Below, in pieces: positions 50,416-63,220 of a DNA stretch of 64,000 nt. Within the stretch, counting starts at the first letter, position 1. Each line of letters starts with the position of its first letter. The notes under the pieces are model-generated. The model did no database searches, was not told the DNA's origin, and saw nothing but the letters and a program-made list of their open reading frames with translations. A program made the position numbers and the translations under genes. The DNA is from Azolla caroliniana (Eukaryota > Plantae > Polypodiophyta), in contig JBHGNT010000006.1 of assembly GCA_043228905.1 (NCBI GenBank), forward strand, positions 3,720,001 through 3,784,000, in the 5' to 3' direction.

Positions 50416-53400
50416 TCATGCCCGTAACATACTCCCCCTCTTTAAAACATTGCACTCTCGCAATGGAAAGTTAGGGAAGTTAGTTTTGAGAGTATTTTCG
50501 AGTTCCCATGTGGCATCTTTTATTGATTTATCCATCCATTTTATTTTAAATTCTCGAATTTCTTTAGTACGTAATTTTTTTGTTTTAACATCGAGAATTC
50601 TTTCTGGTACATGTGGTTTAGAAGATAATTCTTCAAAAGTAATCAGAGTTTCAGTTGTAACTGTATTGTCGCCAGAACCTAGAAGTTCTTTTAGACGACT
50701 CACATGAAAGACTGGATGAATTCCAACACCATCAGGAAGAGCGAGACGATAGGCTGATGACCCAATGCGTTTGAGGACTATAAAAGGTCCACAAAACCGT
50801 GGGGCTAACTTAGCGCACTTACCCGTAGACAATGCCTTAGAATTGTGAGGTACGCGTAAAAATACCTTCTGTCCAGGGTTGAATACACGAGGTTGCCTAT
50901 AATGATCGGCATAAAAACGCGCTCTATCTTGAGTTGTTTTTATATTAACTCGTGCAATATGCAACATATCTTGCATATCCCGAAGAAAGTTTTGCGTACT
51001 TCGCAACTCATCATGATGTATATTAACATCAATCGGGGCTCGTGGTTGAAAACCATACATCAACATAAAAGGACTATATCCCGTCAACGTATGCTTGGAG
51101 CTGTTATAAGCAAACTCCAAAATTGGGAGATAACGTTGTCGTGAAGAAAACCGTCCGCGAGCGGAATCCGTGCACCGGAGCGTAGAAACCGACTCTTCAT
51201 GCACGTGCGCCTTAACTTGTACATAGGAGATCCTAGGTAGATTCGGTAGGTAGGGAGTAAAGGGGAAACGGCTCCTTCCTTGCCTATAAAAGGAGGGAGA
51301 CGAGGAGGGTAGAGGGATCGCGGTGAGTCGAGGACGAAGTGCTGTCGGTTTGCGCGCGAAGGCTTCTCTCTCTCTCTCTCTCTGGTTTGCAAACGCCATA
51401 GCTTCCTTCTATGCAGGTTTCGGGAGGCTCGCGCTGCTCTGAGGAATGCCCGAGTGCTTCCAGCAGCACCTCCAACCTACTCATTCCTCTCTGTGCGTTT
51501 ACGAGCAGGTATTGGCATCTGTTCGCCGGCCTGTTCGGTTGTAACTGACTTCGTGTTTTGTTGTCTTCGTGTTCTTGTTGTTTGTCTTGTCAATACATAC
51601 ATACTTTCGTGTCTTTCTGTGTCGCTATCCCACTCGCGTCTTTGCGTCGAAGGGCCGTGTCCCTGTGAATCTACGCTCGCACGTAGTGGGTCTCTTCTCT
51701 TTCTCTCTTGCTCTTCGGTACAGGACCCCCGAGGTCCCGCCTCACTCCACGCATCCGCGAGGAATACCTCGACAACGTTCCCATTTTTTTGGTTTTGCAC
51801 CAACGTATGCTCGAAGCATGTCCTCAATAATTTGATTTACTCGTTCTGTCTGCCCATCGGATTGAGGACGATCCGTGGAGCTCATGCTCAACGTAGTTTC
51901 TAACTTCTTAAAGACTTGCGTCTAGAAGTTCCTAGTAACCTTTGGATCTCGATCACTCACGATATCCATCAGTAACCCATAAGAACGAAATAATTTGTCA
52001 ACGAATTGGTAAGCCAATTCAGGAGCTGTTATCGTGGTTTTAGTAGCAATAAATCTGGCCATTTTAGTTAGTCGATCAACGACAACCCAGATGGCATCAT
52101 GACCTTTTTGGGTGCGAGGAAGGCTAACAATAAAATCCATGGATATACTTTCCCACTTATTATTGGGAATGTCCAAGGGATGCGGCTTTAAGTCGCTCGG
52201 TTTTGTTAACCTGACACTGGTGACATTTAGTCACATAGCTATGTATGTCAGGACGCATCTTAGGCCAATAAATTTGAGTGGAGATGAGAACGAGTGTACG
52301 ATGTATTCCAGGGTGCCCTGCTAAGGGTGCATCATGGCATTAAAAAAGAATCCTTTTTTTGACCTCGGGTAAATCTAGAACACAAACCTTCCCATTACGG
52401 TAGAGCAAACCGTTAGCAATGTGGAAGTATTCCTTCGAGGATGTGGTGGTGTCTGTTCCAGACTCAACTCTTGCCCAATATTTTGCAAAATAATTGTCAT
52501 CAGGATACTTTCCTCGAAGGTGATCATAAAGCTCTGATGTTATTTCAGTGAAGCTAAGCATGTTAACTTCACGGATGCGACTTAGTGCATCAGCGACAGT
52601 GTTCATGGAACCTTTACGATATCATATGGAAAAATCAAAGTCCTGGATGAGATCAGCCCATCGTGCCTTACGACCTTTCAGGTCTTGTTGGTCACAAAAA
52701 TATTTCAAGGACTCGTGGTCCGTAGTTACCACAAAGCGATTTCCATAAAGATAATGGCGCCATGTTTTGAGCGCATGTATAACTGCAAATAATTCCTTTT
52801 CTTGAACGGTATACCGACATTGAGCAGAATCAAGTTTCTTACTCTCGAATGCTATTAGTTTACCATGTTGATATAAGACAACACCTATAGCATAATCGCT
52901 TGCATCGGTTTCAACCTCAAAAGATTTTGAAGGATCAGGTAAAAGAAGTGAAGGAGCCTTGCAAACCAGGTCCTTGAGTTCCTTAAAGGCGAGGTCTAGT
53001 GTAGCATTCCACACAATAGGTTTTGTAGACTTACGCGTTTGACCTTTTAAAAGATCAGTAAACGGCGTCGTCAATTGGGAGTAATTACGAAGAGACTTTC
53101 GCAAAAACCCGACAAAACCAAGGAATGATTGAACTTCTCGAATATTCCGAAGAGTGGGCCAAAGCTTGATTTTCTCAATGCGAGAAGGATCAATTTCAAA
53201 TCCTCGTTCGGTTATGAGATGTCCTAGATAAGTAATTGATTTCTTGAAGAACTCACATTTTGAGATCTTCGCATAAAATTGTTTGTCACACAATGTTTGT
53301 AAAACAAAGCAGACATGTTTAGCATGTTCTCATAATGTACGACTATAAACTAAAATATCATCCAAGAAAATAACGACAAATTTTCCAAGTTGTTCTAGGA

Positions 53401-55423
53401 AAATGTCATTCATTTCTTGTTGAAAAGTAGCCGAAGCATTGGTCAAACCAAAAGGCATAACCAAAAACTCGTAATGGCCATAGCGCGTACGAAATGCCGT
53501 TTTAGGAACATCATCCTCACTTGTTCGTATTTGATGTTAGCCAGTACGGAGATCAAGTTTCGTAAAATACTAAGCTCCCTAGAGACGGTCAATTAGATCG
53601 TCAACCTGGGGCAATGGGTACGAATTCTTGATCGTCACTTTATTCAAGCGTCGGTAATTAATACACATACGCCATGTGCCCTCTTTGTTTTTTACCAAGA
53701 GAATTGGTGCACCCCATGGAGATTTACTATAACGTATATAACCCATTCGTAAATAGTCCTTGAGTTGCTTAGATACCTCATCTTCTTCGGATCGACTTAA
53801 GCGATACGGAGGTATACTTATTGGTGCAACACCGGGTACAATATCTATACGATGGTCTATATTACGTTTAGGAGGTAACCCATCAGGTAGTTCACTTGGA
53901 AAAACATCATGAAAATCATTTAAGATTTCATCAAGTTGTTGTTGTTCAAAATATGTTAATTGAACCGGGACATTATCGATATTGTAAACGTGAATGTCCG
54001 GATCAAGTACACAATAAAATAACGTAGAACAAGACAACTCGGATATTGATGGACACGAGGAAACAATCGAGAGGGATTGTTTTTTTACACATTGAATAAA
54101 ATGCGTACAATCATTCAGTACAAAAGAAATGGAATGGCGAACCCAATCAATAAATAAAGAAGAGTTTATATTATAAAACCAGGGATAACCCAGTATTACA
54201 TCGGTGGTACAAAGATTCATTACATGGAAGTCTACTTCCTCTATATAAGTATCAATAGAAATTCCTAATGAATGAATCGCCCCATTGATGTATTGTACTC
54301 TTCCATTAGCCAAGTGCACCGTGTAGGTGTGATCACTTACGGTGGGTTGGATTCCCCATATCTGAACCAAACGATCATTCACAAAATTGTGTGATCTTCC
54401 CGAATCAAATAAAAATTGTACGGGAGATCCATTGATATACCCGTTTGCACATAGTAAATCATTGGGACCCAATACATAGTGAGGGAAAGAACATTGACAA
54501 TTACTTAAATGATGTGTATAGACCTGAAGGACATTAGGAATCTAACCTTTATGGTCTGTAGCTTTAGCTTTGTTGTCATGCTCTTTCCGTTGGAGCTTTC
54601 GACATTGATCTTTTGTATGACCCTTCTTTTTGCAAAATATGCAAAAAGGATGTTGTCGCTTAGAATCGCGATCCATGAATTCGTTGGGTGTCTTGCGTTT
54701 CCCAACAAATTGCGACTGCTTAGTCCCGGGCGCTTCATTGGGTTTGTTGTGGTCCTTCTTCGAAGTGCGTTGATAGCGAAGAACTATTTCAATGGCCTCT
54801 TCGAATTGTCCGAATCGTGCACTATCCAGTGATAGTCTGAATTGGGGATGCCATTGACAAAACCAGTTATCAACCAATTGTCCCCTTCTAGACCCGATTT
54901 TTGGATTTGGGTTCTAGCATGGTGAACATAGTCTTCTAGCGAGGAAAATTTCCTGCTAGAGAGGTTCATTAAAAACCGTGACAAAATCTGTCCAGGTATC
55001 GAGCAATTTCCCCGTTGTACGGAGCCCACGCCACCAGGCGGCGGCCTTACCCCCGAGTTCTCGGCCGACGTATGCAATCTTCGTACTATCTGGTGTGGGA
55101 TAGAGCTCAAAATGAGACTCCCATCGTCCCAGCCATGTGCAGATTGCTTCTTCGGTTCTTTCCTTTTTGTCTCCCGTAAATGGCTTAACGACAAACGATG
55201 GTTCACCCTGTCGTTCATCAGGTCTATTAGTCTCACGTTGTAGACTAATAATACGTGCCTCGAGAGCACTTTGAGATTGCCGAAGTTCGATCATCTGTTG
55301 AGCGGTGAAACTAAGGTATTGGGTTATTTGTGCCAAATACATCTCAGTGGACATTTGTCTAGGAGGATTCCCTTGAGTTCCTTCCGCTTGAGCGGATGAC
55401 ATTGGGTCGTTAATTTGAGCCAT
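50416..55423 (-). pseudogene. Gypsy gag-pol (gag, protease, RT, RNase H, integrase, chromodomain) with stops and frameshifts
   Basis: [60 protein letters not shown] motif, and chromodomain PERILDVK...FKIKW...ATWE. Confidence 0.92.
51137..51774 (+). mobile_element. 638-bp solo LTR of another family inserted in the Gypsy integrase
   Basis: Termini tgtcg...cgaca. TSD ACGT at 51133-51136 and 51775-51778. Removal restores KKWERYLP. Internal cctataaaagg and a CT tract. The strand is inferred from the TATA orientation. Confidence 0.85.
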
Positions 55424-56604
55424 TAAAGATTATTTCTGGAAAAGAAATAGGATAAGGTCAGAGAGATAGTCATAACATCATGTCGTGATGTAAACATATC
55501 ATGGGCAAACATTAATCGATATCATGATCTCACTTCAATACCCCTCTAGACGTGTGTGATGAGGTTCAAGATCAGGTTACGATGGTAACACAAAGGTGTT
55601 TTAAAAACCATGGGGGTGACAATTTAATGTCTTTCCCTGATCTCTATATCGATTTTTTCATGGCGGCTCCCCGAGGCTCAACCATGTATGTTCGCGTCAT
55701 GAGTAGTTTATACACGAAAAAAATGTTAACAATAAACTATGTTTCTTTGCCCACATATGTGGTTTCGGCTCTTTAAGTCCTATTACAAGGACCCCGAGGT
55801 GCACTTAGACCTTAAGTCTAAACATGTGTTATAGTCATATGTATCAAGGATGTTGTATGGTCTTGGTCATATTTGAACTCGAGACCTCGAGAACAAATAT
55901 ATTAAACACTTGAGCCAACCAAGTAAGTTGCTCTTCTCGAATGTTTAATGTTTGATGCGTATAAGAGATATGCGAGGAATTTGATCATATATGTTTTTTT
56001 TTAAAAGAACATATATGTCAAGGGTCCTTATTTCGCCCTCATTTACCAAAACTATGTTGGTACGTTACCTAACCTCAAGTCTCGTAATTACGATGGCATA
56101 CGCCAAAGTGCAACCTAATGGTCAAGCCAAATGAGCCCTTGTTTCATAGTAGGCCCACGTGGCCCATCACATGGTCACGTCATTATGAATGCCTCTCGTA
56201 AGAACGAGCTCATGGTGGCATCGTATCCATGTAACGAGGGAGGGATGTTGGATACGTGTGTCATTGGAGCGACCTCACTTGAAGTGGGTCAAGCCCTACG
56301 TACTCAACATCATTATGGCTATAGGCATTTCTTTACGTAACGAAATCGAGGTCATCAACGGGGTTGTGAACAATAAAAAATTGTTGAAAAAGGGATGGTG
56401 ACAACGCCATTCTCACAAAAATGTGAGGACGGTCACCAACATCCTTTTCCCAACCAGGACAACTTTCGATATAATCACGTAATAATGAATATACACATAT
56501 GTTTACTTATCACATATATACGATCAAATACGTATATACGTGACCACATATGCCTATATTAAACATATCGTTATATTAAATAGCCACAAATGATGTGATC
56601 GAGA

Positions 56605-56870
56605 TACGTAATCGAGGTATATACCTCTACACACACGAAACATCCACAAATAAGAGATCATCGTAATACGCAATTGAGGTATTGACCTCTTACGCATACG
56701 AGACCAAATGCATATCCTTTACAACAAATCAAGGTATTAAACTCATACGCAAACGTAACATATGTTCGTGAACGTAATACGTAATTGAGGTATTAACCTC
56801 GTACGCATACGACACTCATCACATATTATTTATATGTCAAACGAGGTATTGACCTCGTGCACATATGTAA
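56605..56870. repeat. Five diverged ~56-bp repeats, each with a GAGGT-N4-ACCTC mini-palindrome, in the Gypsy 5' leader
   Basis: The motif starts at 56614, 56676, 56731 (degenerate), 56787 and 56843. Confidence 0.75.
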
Positions 56871-59829
56871 ACGTTTTAGGTAATCAATTAAAGACCACTA
56901 CAACATCATTGACTTAATGAAAAAAAATGACATATAAACTAAACACATGATTAGATGGGAGAAGAGAGAATAGAAAAAAAAAAAATTACGGAAAGAGTTA
57001 CCAAAGTTCTTTGTTGATCGTTGTCTGGATCAAGGCCGACCGCACATGGATCGATCACCATCAATCAAAAGACAAAAGACAAACAAAGAAACATTAGTAC
57101 ATAGCTCTGATACCAAATATTAGAGATCTAGGTACTAAAGTAAGCTTAAGATAAGGATAAACTAATGATAGATAGAAAGGAGAAAGAGAAAGAAGGGTGC
57201 CGATCCACCCGACCATCCCCGAGCGAAGGGATCGAGACGGACTCGAGCCTCGATCGGCGTCCCATACCACCGCTGTGGCGTCGAGTCGTACCTGGTGCTG
57301 GCGCGCTCGCTACAAGAGTTGACCCACCACAAGAGCAGAGTCTCGATGTAGTCAAAAGATGATCAAATGAGGGTAGCTAGGCCTCTTATTTATAGTGATA
57401 CCCAAGACCCCCAGGCAAGTTCACAGTTGACCTAATGGGTTGTCTCAATCCCAAGGATTAAAAGTAATCCTCCCCTTCTTTACACTCTCGTTTAACCCTA
57501 ACACTTATCCACGTGTATAGAATACTACAGTAAATTCTCACCACGGGATATTAAATGGTCATGCTCGTAACACAAATACTTATAGGACCATTATGATAGG
57601 TCATACCCTTGCTAAATTATATGGTGTAGTAATGGAGGCAGAGCTTAGCGATTCTATGGAGACCTTAAATCTTCGTGCACTTGAACATGTTGGCTTTAGA
57701 CGAGCCTTCTCCACTATTGATCATATCTTCACACTTAGATGCTTAATTGACCAGACTAAGGCTCGCAAGAAGAAACTATATTGTTGTTTTGTGGACTTCC
57801 GCAAAGCCTTTGACACGGTCCCTAGAGAGCGGTTGTTTGATAGGCTTAAGAGCTTGAGGATACCAGATGACATGATTTGGGCCATCTACGCACTATATGA
57901 ACAAGTGTTCGGGTGTGTTCGATGCCCAGGTGGCATATCTGATAGTTTCACTAGCACTATTGTTGTAAAACAAGGTTGCCCCTTATCTCCGACTCTTTTT
58001 GGGATCTACATTGATGAGATCACATATTTTATTGCTCGTAAGGGAGGCAATGGAGTAGTCCTTGGGGATACGCAGGTGCGTATCTTGCTCTATGTAGACG
58101 ACATAGTTTTGCTCTTTGAATCCGAACACGACCTACAAAGGCACCTTAATGCCTTAGATGACTTTTGCACACAACGAGGATTGGTAGTGAATCTTGGGAA
58201 AACTAAAGTCCTTATCTTCCACACGTTGGCCCAAGTTAGAGCTAAGTGTCACCTAACTATCTCCCATAGCCAAGTTGAGATGGTTGGATCATATGTCTAT
58301 CTCGGAGTCACTTTCAGTGCCCACTCAGGTAAATTTTCGATGACACAAGCAGCGAAGGATAGACTTACAAGAGGACATGCATCCCTCTCACTCCTCGAGA
58401 GACAATGCCGCCAAGCATACTTCCAAGAGCCACGAACTAAAGGGTGGCTCTTTGACTCATTAGTGACTCCCTCTCTCATGTATGCATCAATGGTTTGGGC
58501 TCCAGGACTACCATCTTTCATGTGGACGCAATTAGAGAGACCATTGGTGATGATGTTATCACGCCAACTCCAAAGCAAATCGTCGGTCCCACATGACATT
58601 ATTAGGGTTGAGTTCACTCTACCCCCTATGTTAGTAGAAGCACTTTTTCAACTTGTAGTCTTTATCCACAGGATACATAACCAACCACTTGATAGAATAT
58701 CCCATCAAGCCTTTAAGGCTTCTCGAGCACTGTATGAGTCCGGCTATACTAGCTCATGGTATGGCATGATGGTGAGTTGGCTTCTTGCCAACGGTCTAGA
58801 CATTAATAACCTCCCCCCCCTTAAGTACGACCACACGACTGATAACACTTTAATCTCTCATGAGGACCGTAATAAAGTAATACGCCAAGAAATATGACAA
58901 ATTTATACTCGATATAAATGGATCACCTCACTAGAGCAACTCCCATCTAAAATGGCGTACTATAAGGAGCACTTTATGCACTTCTCTAAGTTAGGTTTTA
59001 TTATGCGGCCAAGATATCTAGATGTATTCTTACCACATGCACTAAGGGTTGCCATTGGTCAACTTAGAATATCATCTCACCAACTTGAGATTGAGAATGG
59101 ACGTACTAATGGAGTCCCTAGGGAGGAAAGGATATGTAGGTTATGCCACATAGAGATAGAGGATGAGTACCATTTTACATGCAAATGCCCCACCTATGCC
59201 GAGATAAGGACAAAATACCAAGACATACTTGGTTCCTCTCCCACCCTCCCTAAACTATTAGATACACTAGATATAAAGAAATTAGGTAGATACATCTTAG
59301 AATTGAAACAGCATAGAGAGAATAAGTTACAAAACATTGATAATAATGTTGCTAATGTTTACCAACATGTAACAAATGAAGTTTTTCAGGAACAGGGGGA
59401 GACAATGAATGTCGACGCACCTGAACCACTTGGGCTTTTCCTTGATGAAGTAGAAAATCAAAGAAGAACCAAACGCCCTTGGATGCCGGATTTCAAAGCA
59501 ACTAGATGAGATGTAGAAGCAATAAAGAAAATAAGGGAACGTGAACTACACCACCTAGAAGCCATGGTTAGGGCACTCTATACACCGGGACCATGGGTCA
59601 CACCCACACCAAAAACTTTTGACCTCCCACTTCTTTTTGAGAGACTTGGGTGGAAATGAGATTAGGCTTAGTGCAAAGTTTTGTACACTACTAGAACTCT
59701 CTTAGCTTAAGCTATTTTCTTTTATTTTAGTTTTGATGATTGGATAAACACTCATTTTTGTTGTAAACCAATTGTCTCATGGGCCAACTTTGGCCTTAGA
59801 AGATGTTAATATATCTTTCTTTCTTGCTT

Positions 59830-59833
<4 letters not shown>

Positions 59834-59919
<86 letters not shown>
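59834..59919. repeat. (TC)n microsatellite
   Basis: Read directly. Confidence 0.95.
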
Positions 59920-59924
<5 letters not shown>

Positions 59925-60634
59925 GTTTATTGCAAATGTTGTATCTTTATGGCCAACACTAATGGTTTTATTTGTACATAATCGTCTCATTTGTAAAATT
60001 TTATAACTAATGGAAAGAGTTTTTTTTTTTTGAAAAAAAAACACTAATGGTTTTACATGTAGAAAACACAACAAAAAAAGTGTGGTTGACTATATATTAC
60101 TTTTTGAAGGTATCTTGGATTTTATATACAAATTCTTAAGTGGTGAATGGATATGGGAATCTGATCCTAGGACTTTATGTATTTACTTCAAATGTCTGAA
60201 ACAATTTGTGACTGAGAAGGCCATTGAAAGAATGAAACTACCGTATTTGATAATAAACCTTAAATGAGCATCTGTGTATTTGATGATGGTTGAGGAGATG
60301 TTACAAATGACAAAGGGATACAAGATGGTGATCCATTAAAATGTAAATGGGAGGCTTCGATGAAAGGCCAATACACCCAATTCTAGTTCCCAAAGGAGGC
60401 GGAGACTTCAATGAAACAAGTTCATGGACACCCAAAAATAGGTACTAAAGGTGCATGCGGAAGGTGGAAAATTTTTGTTGGTTTAGGGTTTGGGTTGATC
60501 ATTATGATAGTGATGAAGATGGAAATGGTAGGTGTGATGATTAGCATTGTGGGGTTGATGGTGAGATTGATAAGAATTTATGGGTGGGGGGTGGTGCCTA
60601 GAATGACTCCACCCCCCTCCCAAGAGGGTTCAAC

Positions 60635-60637
<3 letters not shown>

Positions 60638-60670
<33 letters not shown>
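60638..60670. repeat. (AG)n microsatellite
   Basis: Read directly. Confidence 0.95.
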
Positions 60671-60673
<3 letters not shown>

Positions 60674-60870
60674 TTGGAATAGGAAACAAAAAACGATGGC
60701 GTTCCAAGAATAGTGTTGAAACATGTTTCTGATGTAACTTTGTACTTAGAACTCCTTTTTTATGATTTTTGGCTCGTTGTGAAGCTCGTTCAGAGACTTT
60801 TCCAAGGATTATTTGGACGTTAAGTTTCGTTATCGTTACAAGAAGATACAAGCAAAATTGACATCGTCTC

Positions 60871-63220
60871 ATGTTAGTTCTCTCAATCTCTATTAGGATG
60901 GCTGACACAAGAATAAGAAGCGAGTTGATGATTGTTGATGGATGTGGTAATAATGATGGTTGTGAAAATTATAAGAGGCAAAAGTGTATCGATTCTACAG
61001 AACATGAGAAAACATCATATGCTACTATACTTGGTGGGAAAGATGTTATTGGAGATGATTATGATATTGACAAACGTTGTGATATTGTTAAGGCTTTGCT
61101 TTCCGATTTTATGGAAAAAAATGAGAGAGATGCTAAAGATTGTGTGGAGGAGGATGTTGTCGAGGTGGTGATGGAGATAAACTCTATGTTAGCAACTTTT
61201 GACAGGTTCTATGATCGTGGTGTTATTTTGTATTTCACTAGCAAACTTCCTTTGGTATCATGGATTAAGCAGTGGTTGAATTTATTCATAATGCCTAATT
61301 GTGTATGTGGGTCCAAGAGGTTTCTATGATGTAGTTTTTCGATCATTAGAACACCGTATGGCTTTGATAGCAAAGGTACCAATCTTTTTTTATAGAAGAT
61401 TAGTGCATGTGATGGAATGGGTTCCCGTGGATTATAAAGATTTATTAAAACAACAATGTCCAATTTGGGTGACCGTTGATTGTAGTAACTCATTCTTTTG
61501 GGATTTACTACCAGGATTGATGTCCCAAATTGGTAAAGTTTTGGTTGCTCCTCATGTTAATTCGTTGAACAAATGTAGATTTCGCATGTTATGGGATACA
61601 AGTTGTAACCTTCCAGGATGGTTGAGTATAGATGTTGGGATTTCGGTCCCTCCGGATGGGATGTCCGGAGATGAATGACGGCAAGCCCGGTTGCGGTTAC
61701 GGAACCGGAGGATGAAGAGTGCCCGGTTACGGAGACGGATGATGAAGACCTGGCTACGGAGCCGGATGACGAAGACCCGGCTACGGAGCCGGATGATGAA
61801 GACCCCGGCTGCGGAGCCGGATGACGAAGACCCCGGCTACGGAGCCGGATGATGAATGTACCCGGAGAGAGATCCGGATGCGGGGACATATTTGTGAATA
61901 TGTTTGCCAAGGGCCCTTGAGGCCATATTTGTAAATAGCCCGAAAGTCATATGTGTATAAATATGACTTAGGGCAAACAGTTTTATGTTGTTGCTCATTT
62001 TTTATGCGAAGTGAGAGCAGCCGAGAGAGAGAGAGAGAGAGAGAGACGAAGAGGTCGTTGCCTCTGTGTATTACCGCCGCCTGTGGCGAAGACAGTGAGC
62101 TCAAGGTTGTTGCCTTGCAGCTTCACCAGTGTACATCCCTGTTCATAGTGATAGTTGGAGTTTGAGGACTCCCGTGGTTTTTTCCCATTTAGGGCTTTCC
62201 ACGTAAAATATCCAGTGTACCTTTCTCTCTATTGTCCTAGTGCACTTTGTATTTCCTGTTTTCTGTGAGTTGATCCTATTCCTCGGTTGTGGCCGAGCAC
62301 TGTTACCCAACAATAGATACATCTTGATTTGGTCGATTTCGTTTTAAGCTTCAATGGGAGACTTTTGCAAGACATTGTTTTAAATGTGGTAAATTGGGGC
62401 ATTTTATGGCTGAATGTCAATATCATGGTGAACTATCCCCAATAAATAATGTCAAAGGGAAAAACAAGGAAGATGTTGAGAAGGATATTGTCTCAATGGT
62501 TGATATGGTCATGTATGAGGGAACATCTTATGGGTTAGAGTGAGATCCTAAAGTTCATGGTCATGTTAGAGGTGTTGGGGAGGAGAATGGAGTATGTATT
62601 AATGATGACCACGATGTTGAAGATAGAGAGTGGCATCAAGTGAAGCATAAGATAAAAGGGAAGGGTGTTGCCATACAAAGGGACACAAAAAATACTAACG
62701 GTACAACATTACCAAAAGATAATTTGAGATTGAATGAGGGGTTTAAGAAAAATCCTTGGTAGAAACAAGTGCGAAATCAAATGTTGGACCCAACCAATTA
62801 CAATTTGATTCTTTAGGAAGGGTGGTGCGACCTCAATTAAATCAAGGACTTCGTTCTTGTGGAGCTAGACAATAAAACCCTAATATTGGCAGAGGGGATG
62901 TAGTACACACGAATCCTTATGCAACCCTTGAACAAGTAGTTATTACATTCATGAATACACTTGCTCATAAAGAGCAAGTTCTTACTAAAGGTGTTAAATG
63001 AAAGTGGTATCATGGAATGTGAGAGGGACATCTTCTCCTCATAAGAAATATATATTATGGAAAACTTTATTTGATAAAGAATGGGATGTTTTATGTGTAG
63101 TTGAACATAAGTGTCATGATTTAGCAGGATCTATGTTACATTTGCGTGGATATTTCGCATATTATGCATGATTATTCATGATTTGTTTTGTCCACATATA
63201 GTCTATAATGATCCATATGG
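60871..63220 (+). mobile_element. Decayed L1-type LINE 5' part (ORF1 and start of the endonuclease)
   Basis: GPRGFYDVVF...CPIWV (ORF1-like). Zinc knuckle CFKCGKLGHFMAEC at about 62375-62420, after the solo LTR. MKVVSWNVRG at about 62998. Confidence 0.75.
61633..62312 (+). mobile_element. Solo LTR of the same Copia family as A and B (680 bp)
   Basis: tgttggg...cccaaca. TSD ATAGA at 61628-61632 and 62313-62317. Contains expanded 27-bp ccggatga(t/c)gaagaccccggctacggag repeats. Confidence 0.93.

Larger units (their letters stand above)
49975..57572 (-). mobile_element. Ty3/Gypsy chromovirus-type LTR retrotransposon, decayed
   Basis: 455-bp LTRs at 49975-50429 and 57118-57572. TSD CAAAT at 49970-49974 and 57573-57577. 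tRNA-iMet PBS at 57104-57115. PPT next to 50430. Confidence 0.95.
38997..59833 (+). mobile_element. Non-L1 LINE (RTEX/L2-like), interrupted by a DNA transposon and a Gypsy element; pieces 38997-40048, 49071-49974, 57578-59833
   Basis: APE motifs: LWNCNG, ETH, GGVAI, YFPP, GDFNAR, and ESTIDY once the insertion is removed. RT motifs: DPNTYR (restored), VDFRKAFD, KQGCPLSP, LYVDD, YLG. C-terminal RISSHQLEIENGR...CRLC...EDEYHF..KCP. Clade and boundaries are inferred. Confidence 0.85.

Noticed and set aside
50416-51399. Novel N-terminal extension on the Gypsy integrase ORF
   Set aside because: It is chance read-through from the solo LTR at 51137-51774.
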